Source: a virus (lineage: Duplodnaviria; Caudoviricetes). Taken from it: a stretch of DNA of 64,000 nucleotides. Both the position numbers and the translations under genes were made by a program. Where the stretch lies: positions 973-64,972 of the IMG/VR virus record IMGVR_UViG_3300043570_000787; one strand, given 5' to 3'. The notes below the pieces were generated by a model. It saw only the letters and a list, made by a program, of their open reading frames with translations, had not been told where the DNA came from and ran no database searches. Positions 29,190-38,347 of this stretch are shown here, in pieces; the first letter of the stretch is position 1, and every line of letters begins with the position of its first letter.

Positions 29190-29251
29190 CATAAGTAAAT
29201 AGGGGTAGCTGAAAACCTTATAGAGTAAGCACAATTAATTATTTAACTACC

Positions 29252-30709
29252 ATGAATAATAGAAATTTATTACCCGAAGACTTCTTAATTAAGAGAGATT
29301 CAAACGATCCATTATGGACTGAGTACATTAACTACCTAAACACATTCTTTGATGGTGTTCAGCCTAGTGTTTCAATTATGGGACAAGCAGAAGGATACTA
29401 CGGGCTTATTGATGATTGCCCTATCGTTCTCGATTCACCAAATTCATTAACATTGCTATCTCTTTCAGAATGGGATGCGATTGTTTCTGGTGCAGAGGTT
29501 GTTCATGTAACTACCTATGATGGTCACGAAGAGATTGAACGCAGATGTGTTTCGCTATGCAGTGATGCACCCAACAATGCGGGAGAATGGGCTAGACGCT
29601 CGGACTGTAGTTATGTTGAGAGTATCGGTTGGGTATTGTCAGAAGATACCATTACAACTCACGATGGCACAATTATGCTAGAGGGGGATGAAGATGCTGT
29701 ATGGAGTGATTGGCATGGCGAGTGGCTAGATAATAGCGACTCAAGAACTTATCATGGACATGTGGAGAGCGGTCGGCAAGATTACTTCTTCGATAGACAT
29801 GATGATTCAGTCTATATCCATGGTGAACACTATAGAAATAATAGTGTTGCCTCAGATTGTGGATGGAGATACATCAGTAGAAGAGATGAGTGGGTAGATG
29901 CCGATGACTACTGTTGCGTTGATGATTGCAACGCAGGTTATCACGACCTTGAGCGAGTTCATAAGTTTGGCAGAGATGCTAAGTTTACCATTGGATTCGA
30001 GATTGAGAAGGAAGATGACGATGCCGGTATGATTCATTACGAAGACCTATACCTTGATACCAAATGGATTAAGGAGCATGATGGTTCATTAGATGACGAC
30101 ACTGGCTATGAGTTAGTTAGTCCTGCCTTCAATCTATATGACGATGGCTTAGACAAAGACATCGAGTCTGATGATAGACTTGTTAGACTAATCAATGCTG
30201 ACAAATCAAATAGTTGTGGTGGGCATATCAATGTAGCCGCCAAAGATTACGACACCGAGCAATTGTTCGAGGGTCTGTCACACTTCTTCCCATTGTTGTA
30301 TTCATTGTACGATGGTCGATTAGATAAGACATACTCTAAGGCTAAAAAGAAACACAGGTACTACGACAAGGATAAGTACTCAGCAGTATACATCAAGTCT
30401 GAGGTGCTTGAGTTTAGAATCTTCTCAGCTGTTAGTAGTGTTGACAACTTACTATGGAGACGTGACTTAATACGTATCATGTGTGACAACATCAATCAGT
30501 CAGAGCTTGACGTACTACGCATGCTTCTCAATCACAAGTCAGACTTATACCTACACTTACGCAAGGTATACTCTCAGGAGAAACTGATAGATAAGATTGA
30601 GCGATTCATCAGAATGTGTAGCGACTTCAATAGTAAGAAGTTACCTGAGATTGTTCGAGCATCAATCAAGCCTGACAACTTAGACGTGTCAAACGAATTA
30701 GGAGCATAA
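29252..30709 (+). CDS. putative amidoligase (COOH-NH2 ligase family)
   Basis: IGFEIEKE, HDGSL, GYELVSP, SCGGHIN and EFRIF motifs; adjacent to a glutamine amidotransferase. Confidence 0.8.
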   Translation: MNNRNLLPEDFLIKRDSNDPLWTEYINYLNTFFDGVQPSVSIMGQAEGYYGLIDDCPIVLDSPNSLTLLSLSEWDAIVSGAEVVHVTTYDGHEEIERRCVSLCSDAPNNAGEWARRSDCSYVESIGWVLSEDTITTHDGTIMLEGDEDAVWSDWHGEWLDNSDSRTYHGHVESGRQDYFFDRHDDSVYIHGEHYRNNSVASDCGWRYISRRDEWVDADDYCCVDDCNAGYHDLERVHKFGRDAKFTIGFEIEKEDDDAGMIHYEDLYLDTKWIKEHDGSLDDDTGYELVSPAFNLYDDGLDKDIESDDRLVRLINADKSNSCGGHINVAAKDYDTEQLFEGLSHFFPLLYSLYDGRLDKTYSKAKKKHRYYDKDKYSAVYIKSEVLEFRIFSAVSSVDNLLWRRDLIRIMCDNINQSELDVLRMLLNHKSDLYLHLRKVYSQEKLIDKIERFIRMCSDFNSKKLPEIVRASIKPDNLDVSNELGA

Positions 30710-30739
30710 TTAATTAATAACATTCAAAAAATAAACATC

Positions 30740-31624
30740 ATGTGTATAGCAATTTTAAATACCAATAGATCAACCTTAAAGAAACAAACTCTTCGTAACT
30801 GTTGGGAGAATAATGGCGATGGTGCAGGGCTACTGTATATCGACAACGATAACAAGTTAGGTGTTATCAAGGAGATGCGTAGCTTCGATAACTTCTACAA
30901 CAACTATCTCGACATCAAAAGAAAGTACGGCAAACGTAACATCGTGCTACACTTCCGTATCTCTACTCACGGTAAGGTCAACGAGACTAATTGTCACCCA
31001 TTCATTACCAATGATGAGGTAGGGTTTGTACATAACGGAATGATTTACGATGTACCTACAAGTACTGAGTTCTCCGATACTTACATGTTCAATGAGACAA
31101 TACTTAAATCGTTCAAGCATGGCTTCGAGACCAACGAGATTATCTTAGATATGATTGAGATGTATATCGGTCCAGGTAGTAAGTTAATCTTCCTTAATAC
31201 TGACGATACATATTCGATTGTCAATGAGAAGGCAGGTCATTGGTCGATGGGTTGTTGGTTCTCTAATCATTCATACGAGCAAGTTAATAGTTGGGTTGAC
31301 TACGGTGGTGTTAGAAAAAGCAAGGCGCAAGTCGGCTTCACCCCTAAGTACAGTGCTCCACTTGTCAAGCAAGAAAACAATTGGTGGTCAGCAGATAGAC
31401 AGATGTGTTCATGCGTAGGATGTGACTCAACGCTGTATGGCGTACAAGAAATCAATGATGGTATGTGTACGTATTGCAAATGGGATGAGATAGATGAGCA
31501 AGAAGCAATCAAGATATTAGAGTCTGCCAATGCATGCGACATGTGCGGCATAGACAAGGATAAGTTCGTGCCAATGGAAGATTGTCTAATATGCGAAACT
31601 TGTAATGAATACCTAGGAGCATAG
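30740..31624 (+). CDS. class II glutamine amidotransferase with C-terminal Cys-rich (CxxC) region
   Basis: N-terminal MC nucleophile, N.DGAG, HFRISTHG, NCHPF, HNG, SDT. Confidence 0.88.
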   Translation: MCIAILNTNRSTLKKQTLRNCWENNGDGAGLLYIDNDNKLGVIKEMRSFDNFYNNYLDIKRKYGKRNIVLHFRISTHGKVNETNCHPFITNDEVGFVHNGMIYDVPTSTEFSDTYMFNETILKSFKHGFETNEIILDMIEMYIGPGSKLIFLNTDDTYSIVNEKAGHWSMGCWFSNHSYEQVNSWVDYGGVRKSKAQVGFTPKYSAPLVKQENNWWSADRQMCSCVGCDSTLYGVQEINDGMCTYCKWDEIDEQEAIKILESANACDMCGIDKDKFVPMEDCLICETCNEYLGA

Positions 31625-31647
31625 TTATCACTGTCAAAGCAAAAATT

Positions 31648-31890
31648 ATGAACGCACAACAAAAAATAAAAATGCTTAAAAAGCTCTATCAAGGTAAAGA
31701 ATTGGTAGAGTTTATGGCAGATGTAATCGCTCAAAGGGAAGACGAAGGCTCAGCATATAGACTTGACTCATGGTTGAAGGGTAGATATTCAGGATGCACG
31801 GATGCTCTATTGGTTTGGGACCAATCTGTGAGAGGAAGTAATTACTACATGCTCAAGAATAGGCAGGAAGCCGCAATGTCAGACATTTAA
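31648..31890 (+). CDS. small protein of the WxxxxxGxxYW family (degenerate)
   Basis: LVWDQSVRGSNYY. Confidence 0.65.
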   Translation: MNAQQKIKMLKKLYQGKELVEFMADVIAQREDEGSAYRLDSWLKGRYSGCTDALLVWDQSVRGSNYYMLKNRQEAAMSDI

Positions 31891-31901
31891 ATTATAGGGT
31901 A

Positions 31902-32126
31902 ATGGTATTAAAGAAAATAAACAAGAAGTATCGCATAAACTTAGTAGCTGAAATAATGGCTAGAGGTATCGCGAGAGGATCATGTGCGGACAGGTATTTG
32001 AGAGATTGTTTTAATGTGTATAGTAACCCTCAATCATTGATAGATATGCCTACTTGGTCAGAAAGTGCCAAAGGTTTTAATTACTGGCAACAAGCATTCA
32101 ATGAACACGGACATGAACAAAGATAA
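31902..32126 (+). CDS. small protein of the WxxxxxGxxYW family
   Basis: TWSESAKGFNYW. Confidence 0.65.
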   Translation: MVLKKINKKYRINLVAEIMARGIARGSCADRYLRDCFNVYSNPQSLIDMPTWSESAKGFNYWQQAFNEHGHEQR

Positions 32127-32131
32127 ATATC

Positions 32132-32329
32132 ATGGAGAGATTTAAAAAACTAACCGGTCAGGAAAGAAAAGAGTATGTAGCTAATATCTTAAGTAGAGAC
32201 GATGAAGATGCATTAAGGTATAAATTAAGTTATGATGTAGGCTTATCAAGTGCGTTCACTTGGGACACAACTATTCAAGGTCATGACTATTGGAGAACTA
32301 TAAATAGAAGAATTGAAAACCTTAACTAA
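32132..32329 (+). CDS. small protein of the WxxxxxGxxYW family
   Basis: AFTWDTTIQGHDYWRTIN. Confidence 0.7.
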   Translation: MERFKKLTGQERKEYVANILSRDDEDALRYKLSYDVGLSSAFTWDTTIQGHDYWRTINRRIENLN

Positions 32330-32335
32330 ATACAT

Positions 32336-32950
32336 ATGCCAAATTGGTGCTCAAATACCTTACACGTATCAGGTGATGCAGGTAAAGTAAAATCATTTTT
32401 TAATAATGGTATTCACAATGGAATATGGAAGATGAGTTTATATTTTCCAATGCCCAATGAATTAGAGAATACCACAAGTCCAAGCAAAGAACCTAGTGAA
32501 AACCTAATCAAGCGATTCGGTTACGATAATTGGTATGATTGGAGATGTGCTAACTACGGTACTAAATGGGATTCAGACTCAGATAATTATGGAGATGACT
32601 ATGTGCATTTCGAGACAGCCTGGAGTCCACCATTACCTTGGCTACAAAAAGTAGCTATGGATTACCCTGAACTAACATTTAGATTAGATTACTCAGAGGA
32701 AGGTATGCAGTTCGGTGGCACATGTGTAGCGTTACATATGCATAATACATTCAAGATTGCAAATCAACAATGCGATTTAGTAATGCAGGATGAGTATGGT
32801 GTCAGCTATGATTGGAGTAACGAACATGATCGATACATTAACCGTGAGACTGGAGAAAAAATAGCGTGGGATGAATTCAATGGATACGAACACAATCCAT
32901 TAGAAGAATTGTCAACGGAAGAATTTATTAACACATACATAAACGATTAA
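32336..32950 (+). CDS. Api92/YubB-like ferredoxin-fold protein (DUF1281-related)
   Basis: MPNWCSN start, WYDWR..NYGTKWD, FETAWSPP, YSEEG. Confidence 0.8.
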   Translation: MPNWCSNTLHVSGDAGKVKSFFNNGIHNGIWKMSLYFPMPNELENTTSPSKEPSENLIKRFGYDNWYDWRCANYGTKWDSDSDNYGDDYVHFETAWSPPLPWLQKVAMDYPELTFRLDYSEEGMQFGGTCVALHMHNTFKIANQQCDLVMQDEYGVSYDWSNEHDRYINRETGEKIAWDEFNGYEHNPLEELSTEEFINTYIND

Positions 32951-32952
32951 CT

Positions 32953-33219
32953 ATGGAGAAATTTGCAAGACGTTGCGATGCTACGGGAAAAGGCATCAAC
33001 GAAGGTTATGTATTCGGTGACGGAGAACACTACGCGTGTGATGAGGAAAGCGCAATACAAATAGCTAAACTATACGGGTACATAGGTAACACTTATAACC
33101 TTGACGATGCATACAACGATGGTGTGTACTACTACACCGAGTGGGATGAGGTTGATGAGGACGAGTGGTACGATGCAGACGGGAATTTACACATTTTAGA
33201 TAACGAATTAAACAACTAG
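32953..33219 (+). CDS. acidic hypothetical protein
   Basis: 88-aa ORF; RRCDATGKGINEGY and YYTEW. Confidence 0.7.
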   Translation: MEKFARRCDATGKGINEGYVFGDGEHYACDEESAIQIAKLYGYIGNTYNLDDAYNDGVYYYTEWDEVDEDEWYDADGNLHILDNELNN

Positions 33220-33411
33220 AAATCATGACAATGTACAATGTATATTACATCGACCAACTATATGGAGGTAAAGATGAGTATGAAATTACGACAAGTAATT
33301 TTAATAAATGGCTACAAGAAACCAATGCCGAAAGAGAGGCTAATGGAGAGATACCATACACTGAAGATGAATTTAGACTAGAAGAAATATTAAACAACTA
33401 GAAATCATGAC
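33207..33411 (+). repeat. 23-bp direct repeats at gene junctions (33207-33229, 33389-33411)
   Basis: attaaacaactagaaatcatgac occurs twice, each copy containing a stop codon and the next ATG. Confidence 0.85.
33225..33401 (+). CDS. 58-aa acidic protein bounded by the 23-bp repeats
   Basis: MTMYNVYYIDQL...EEILNN, hand-translated. Confidence 0.65.
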   Translation: MTMYNVYYIDQLYGGKDEYEITTSNFNKWLQETNAEREANGEIPYTEDEFRLEEILNN

Positions 33412-33709
33412 GGAAATTAAAAATCACATCACAGAATCCATGTTAAACTACGTAACAAAAGCATCAGCAGACCAATACGGACAGCTAAGAACAATGGACG
33501 TGTACGCAGTATTCGGAGACCGAACGAAAGAGGCTCTTGAATACCTTAAGGAAGACCGAATGATAAAGGTGCAGACCTACGGAGATAGATACGGGTCATA
33601 CGCTGGCATCGGTGGTATACACGACATCAATGATGAGACACTACGGGCTGCGTGTTTAGATGCATGGGGTAAGAACGAGAATAGAATTAGAAACTTAAAC
33701 CAATGGTAA
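33407..33709 (+). CDS. hypothetical protein
   Basis: 100-aa ORF whose start lies in the repeat. Confidence 0.7.
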   Translation: MTEIKNHITESMLNYVTKASADQYGQLRTMDVYAVFGDRTKEALEYLKEDRMIKVQTYGDRYGSYAGIGGIHDINDETLRAACLDAWGKNENRIRNLNQW

Positions 33710-33936
33710 AGATGAGAACAGTACAAATCAATGCACCATCATGGTCTAGTGAAGACCTGTACATTGAAACATCTCTTAGTGATGAGCAACTTATAAAGAC
33801 ACTACGCCAAATAATTGACATCGAACGTGATGAGGGTGAGTGGTATAGTAATGACATATTAGTTGATTGGCTACAGTATCATTACCCAATAGAGTATGTA
33901 AAAGCAATTAGTAAGATTGATAAATTAATATTTTAA
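33703..33936 (+). CDS. hypothetical protein
   Basis: 77-aa ORF in operon. Confidence 0.6.
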   Translation: MVKMRTVQINAPSWSSEDLYIETSLSDEQLIKTLRQIIDIERDEGEWYSNDILVDWLQYHYPIEYVKAISKIDKLIF

Positions 33937-33939
33937 ACA

Positions 33940-34182
33940 ATGGAAAGAGTAATATCGAATGACACAAGACAGTTTATGATTATGACAATCGTGACAATTC
34001 ACAACAACATGGACATCATTGAGCCGGAAACTATAGCGTCCATATCAATGATGGATGATGAAGATTTAATCTATGAGATGGGTGAGACAGCAATTACATT
34101 AAGTAAGTATGTAGCTGAGACAGCATCAAACGCTAAAAAATTATTAGACAACGCAACAATTATAACAGATGGAAGCATTTAA
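33940..34182 (+). CDS. hypothetical protein
   Basis: 80-aa ORF in operon. Confidence 0.55.
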   Translation: MERVISNDTRQFMIMTIVTIHNNMDIIEPETIASISMMDDEDLIYEMGETAITLSKYVAETASNAKKLLDNATIITDGSI

Positions 34183-34405
34183 AGAGTTAATCGGCAAGAA
34201 GATTGTCGAGGTTAGACACATGTCTAGAGAAGAAGCTGATACATGGGGATGGCATAAACGTCCAGTGATAATTTCATTCGAGGATGGTACTACGTTAGTG
34301 CCTACTTGTGATGATGAACAGAATGACGGTGGTGCTATGATATACCTTGGAGGTAATGATGGGGATGAATTCTTTACGGAACATATATTATATACCGAAC
34401 GATGA
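34169..34405 (+). CDS. conserved phage hypothetical protein
   Basis: LIGKKIVEVR.M..EE...GW...DDEQNDGGA. Confidence 0.7.
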   Translation: MEAFKELIGKKIVEVRHMSREEADTWGWHKRPVIISFEDGTTLVPTCDDEQNDGGAMIYLGGNDGDEFFTEHILYTER

Positions 34406-34553
34406 ATACATATCACATATGCTACCTGCTAGCATCAGAACTTTGTACAGGCATAAACGTACATGCCAATGATTACATGGAAGCTCTTAAAGGATTCAAT
34501 AGAATCTATGGGAGCAGAAAGATTATTTATATAACCCAATTAAATTAATTATC

Positions 34554-34979
34554 ATGCACATCTCTAAAACAAACAAGAAGTATTTGGATTTCTTACACGA
34601 CTTCCATAACCATTGTAATGCAAACATTCAGTTCGCTGCACGTGATCTAATCAAGGACCACAAAGTAACTACCACAGTAACAAACATTATGGCTCATGGT
34701 GGGCTAATTAAAGTAACGGGTAGAGGTCGAACTACTGAGTATAAATGGAACTCTAAAGCTCCTGATATCAGAATGGCAATGGAGTTAAGAAAAAGAATGA
34801 CTGAGTATCATAAGAAGTATCTTACTGAGAGAAATAAACCAACACCTATCATTGAAAAGAAAGCTGTTATCGTAGCTTCTAGTGAGCCAGTAAGAAGAAG
34901 ACGTACTAAAGTTGTTGAACCGCAACCTAAGACAAGGTCAATCAATATCTTGTGGGGTGCATTTAAAATCGTATACTAA
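34554..34979 (+). CDS. basic hypothetical protein, possibly DNA-binding
   Basis: 141-aa ORF. Confidence 0.65.
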   Translation: MHISKTNKKYLDFLHDFHNHCNANIQFAARDLIKDHKVTTTVTNIMAHGGLIKVTGRGRTTEYKWNSKAPDIRMAMELRKRMTEYHKKYLTERNKPTPIIEKKAVIVASSEPVRRRRTKVVEPQPKTRSINILWGAFKIVY

Positions 34980-35298
34980 TGATTGATCAATATGACGTAT
35001 TAAATGTAGCTAACTCATTAGAGATGGAAGTTAATGAAGATATTATAGCTGAGGTTATATATCAATACAATACATCTGCTGATGGATATGGCACACAGGT
35101 TTTAGTAATAGAGAGGATACTGCATCACGTAATGAGCAATGGTTAATGTTTCATTATTTCTATTATTAATATCCATGACATTTATGCATGGTATGTCTAT
35201 AGTACTCAGAGTATTGTACATATTTATACTGTGCATAATTGTTATGTCAAGAGTCACTTTACATTTTACAAAAAAGAATAATAACTAAATTAGTAAAA

Positions 35299-35691
35299 AT
35301 GAAAGACATGAAAATCTTGGACCTACTAATGAATCACCTGCCCAATGAATATGTTGACTGCATAGTTAACAATCTTGATGACTTCCAGGTGCTAGAAGAT
35401 GAAGGCTTCTCTATTGAGGCTGAGCTGATGTCGTTGTTTGATTGGGTTGAATCAAGAGAAGGATATGAGTTTTGGAATCAGGTATTCCATTACATCATTG
35501 GCGAAGCTGATCTACCACAATTACCAATCGACATTAAATACAAACCATCCCTAACCATAACTATGAAGGATGGCATGTACGTTATGAATGCAGGAGACAC
35601 AGGTCTCAACATTAGGTATCAAGTCATTATGAAAGACCTACCTAAGGCAGAGAAGAAAGCCCAGGAACAAGTGATGATGTGGTTAAATTAA
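35299..35691 (+). CDS. WxxxxxGxxFW-family protein with C-terminal extension
   Basis: LFDWVESREGYEFWNQV; ATG at 35299 within track ORF 35239-35691. Confidence 0.7.
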   Translation: MKDMKILDLLMNHLPNEYVDCIVNNLDDFQVLEDEGFSIEAELMSLFDWVESREGYEFWNQVFHYIIGEADLPQLPIDIKYKPSLTITMKDGMYVMNAGDTGLNIRYQVIMKDLPKAEKKAQEQVMMWLN

Positions 35692-35746
35692 TCACTGTCA
35701 AACAAAAAAAATATTCACCTAAATTTTTTTATTTAAAAATGTTTTA

Positions 35747-35855
35747 TACATTTGTGTCATCGAATTCGTCCTTCGATCTATAGCTTTGCTTATATCATGG
35801 TAGATATATATACAAAAAGCCCTAGCCGAGGACGAAGAGCGGTTAGGGTTTTTTT
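35747..35855 (+). promoter_or_regulatory. promoter plus attenuator-like leader
   Basis: TACATTTG 35747-35754; stem 35819-35828/35840-35849 plus T tract; loop aggacgaa complementary to ttcgtcct at 35765-35772. Confidence 0.6.
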
Positions 35856-36230
35856 ATGCCCGAAAGGCGTTGTATATAAGCAAGATACCCCTCCAAGTCA
35901 CAAGCAAGGATATCGTGTTCTCTATGTAGCACGATGTAAAAATAAATGTCTTAAATGATATCAGGGTTTTCTTAACTTGTCTCCCAGTATCAGCCTCAAA
36001 TGAAACTGACAACTCAACGGAAGTAAGTTATGGTGATAGATAAGTTGATAACCTTTCTAGTTGGGGTTGGGGTTGTCAACTTGTTTATTGTCACCTTAAA
36101 TCTACATCCAATCTAACAAAAGTAAATTAATAAACATGAAGAATGATATATTAACATTCATAAGCTTCTTCTTAGTAGTTGGAGCTTTGATATTAGTAAT
36201 AACAGCTATAGTACAGCAATTATTTTAGAT

Positions 36231-36485
36231 ATGAAAAGAAGAAAGATAGAACCATGGGACTATAGATCAAGTGAACAATATAATTCATCGTTAGATGCTA
36301 TTGGAATATCATTACTTGGATTCATCATTATAATATTATCATTGATGATGGTAAGTAAATGTAAATCACCTGATCAACCTAAGGTAAAGAAGGAAGTAGT
36401 CACTGAATATCAAGAAAAGTATGCAGTTAATATTACTGACGGCAAACGTAAGTATCTAAACCACTTATTTAATACACAAGAGTAA
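36231..36485 (+). CDS. single-TM membrane protein
   Basis: hydrophobic stretch AIGISLLGFIIIILSLMMV. Confidence 0.6.
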   Translation: MKRRKIEPWDYRSSEQYNSSLDAIGISLLGFIIIILSLMMVSKCKSPDQPKVKKEVVTEYQEKYAVNITDGKRKYLNHLFNTQE

Positions 36486-36712
36486 TGGAAGATAAAATCA
36501 AATCAACAGAGAGATGTGTCAACTATGAATACATCAAGACAGATCCTGTAATTGAAGCACTGAAAAAAGAGTTTGATCAGAGAAGCTTCGTAGGCATCAA
36601 GAAGTACGGAACTACATTACATGACAATAATGAAGATGACTTCCTACTGCATTTGCAACAAGAATTAATGGACGCTTGTGCTTACATTATGAAGTTAAGA
36701 ATGCAAAAATAA
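36485..36712 (+). CDS. small MazG-like (all-alpha NTP pyrophosphatase-like) protein
   Basis: GIKKYGTTL...HLQQELMDACAY. Confidence 0.5.
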   Translation: MEDKIKSTERCVNYEYIKTDPVIEALKKEFDQRSFVGIKKYGTTLHDNNEDDFLLHLQQELMDACAYIMKLRMQK

Positions 36713-36723
36713 AAATGATTTTA

Positions 36724-36757
36724 TTTGTTGTATTTTAAATTAGAATTATTACATTTG
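36724..36757 (+). promoter_or_regulatory. host-sigma promoter for recombination/replication operon
   Basis: TTTGTTG (36724-36730) and TACATTTG (36750-36757). Confidence 0.7.
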
Positions 36758-36775
36758 TAAACAATCAGATTAGTT

Positions 36776-37066
36776 ATGAACAAAAAACAAGGAGTTAAGG
36801 ACTTGATGAAAGCCAAAAGGTATTCAATCATTCACCTTACAGAATCCCTTCAGGCAAAGAATGTGCCTGGTAATTGGGACACTTATCAAAATGTATACAA
36901 CTTTATAAATGGTCGTACACCGCGTGATTCATATGCATTCATCGTGTTAGCAGACCTGTTAGATGTAGACTTAAGAACAATCCTTTTGAGATACTCAACC
37001 GTTGAGGAAGGAATTACAAAAGCAGTGGTTGATTTAAACGAAAAGAATTACGAGTATGGATGGTAA
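36776..37066 (+). CDS. XRE/Cro-like HTH regulator
   Basis: YQNVYNFINGRTP...LADLLDVDLRTI. Confidence 0.65.
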   Translation: MNKKQGVKDLMKAKRYSIIHLTESLQAKNVPGNWDTYQNVYNFINGRTPRDSYAFIVLADLLDVDLRTILLRYSTVEEGITKAVVDLNEKNYEYGW

Positions 37067-37280
37067 GGAAGTAGTATTCTCTATTATTGACAATGGAGAG
37101 TCAACTGACATTAAAGTTCTAGGTCATGGACATGACTTAATAGCTATGATTGGTGGAGTGTTGCACGAGAATGATGAATTGAAATTCTTAGTTGAGATGT
37201 CACTAAAGGCTATATCAGAGGGTGCATTCAATGACATCCCTAAGTTAGATCCAAAACTTAAGACAAATGGAAATGCGTGA
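37056..37280 (+). CDS. hypothetical protein
   Basis: 74-aa ORF. Confidence 0.6.
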   Translation: MDGKEVVFSIIDNGESTDIKVLGHGHDLIAMIGGVLHENDELKFLVEMSLKAISEGAFNDIPKLDPKLKTNGNA

Positions 37281-37342
37281 TCGATTTTATGAAGCAATAG
37301 GAATTGCATTCGGATTATTATTAATGTACTTAATTTATTAGT

Positions 37343-38347
37343 ATGAACTATCAAGAACTATCAAGACCATTAGATATTAGTGACATCGACTTTCGAGTAC
37401 AGTCAATTAATAACGGTGGCTATGCTACAATCTTAGCATACAAAGACGCACGTGTAGATATGGCACGATTAGATGCTGCTGCTGGTCCATTAGAATGGCA
37501 ACGTAAGCATGAGATTATCAATGGCAATCTTTATTGTCACGTTGGTATCTTTAATGTTAGCATTGGTGAGTGGGTATGGAAATGTGACGTAGGTACTGAA
37601 TCAATGACTGAGGCTACCAAAGGGCAGTCTTCTGATTCATTCAAGCGTGCATGTTTCAATTGGGGTATTGGTCGTGAACTATATGACTATCCAATGATTA
37701 GTGTGAAGCTTAACGATAATGAGTGGAGCAAAGATGGTGGTCGGCCTAAGCAAACATACAATCTTAAGATTCGTGATTGGGTATGGTACTCTGAGTTTAC
37801 TGATGATCGTTTATCTTTCTTGGCTGCCAAGGATGAGAATGGTAAGGTACGATTCAAGTGGGGAACTATGAAGCCTAAACAAACTGAGCCTGAGTACAAG
37901 CCTGCATCAGGATCTCCTGAGGTAGCTGTAGAGGTAGCACCTGAACCTGTAGTTGTTCAGCAGGAAGATGCTAACGTAGCAGGAATTCTCAAGAAAAAGA
38001 ATGAGGATATTGATGAGCAGAGAGAGTTGTTAATCACTGAGTATACTCGTGTTATCGGTAAGAAGCCTGATGGTAGAATGAAGAACGAAACCATGAAGAA
38101 AGCTATTGATGATGCAGTTGCTCAAGCATTAGAGTTACCTGAGGAGTTATTAGCCGAAGAACCTGCTGTTGTTGTTGCAACTTCACTTAGAGATTTCTAT
38201 GATAGAATCGAAGAGTTCAAGATACCAGCACAGTTCATTGCATGGGCTAGAGATATCGTGTCTAAGTATGAGGATATCGAAACAGCTGATACAATTGAAG
38301 AGTTCAGAATCCTTTGTAATAATCACTACAAGAAAATCGCGCAGTAA
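37343..38347 (+). CDS. Sak/Rad52-like single-strand annealing protein
   Basis: DFRVQS, AYKDAR...RLD, KGQSSDSFKRACFNWGIGRELYD. Confidence 0.85.
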   Translation: MNYQELSRPLDISDIDFRVQSINNGGYATILAYKDARVDMARLDAAAGPLEWQRKHEIINGNLYCHVGIFNVSIGEWVWKCDVGTESMTEATKGQSSDSFKRACFNWGIGRELYDYPMISVKLNDNEWSKDGGRPKQTYNLKIRDWVWYSEFTDDRLSFLAAKDENGKVRFKWGTMKPKQTEPEYKPASGSPEVAVEVAPEPVVVQQEDANVAGILKKKNEDIDEQRELLITEYTRVIGKKPDGRMKNETMKKAIDDAVAQALELPEELLAEEPAVVVATSLRDFYDRIEEFKIPAQFIAWARDIVSKYEDIETADTIEEFRILCNNHYKKIAQ

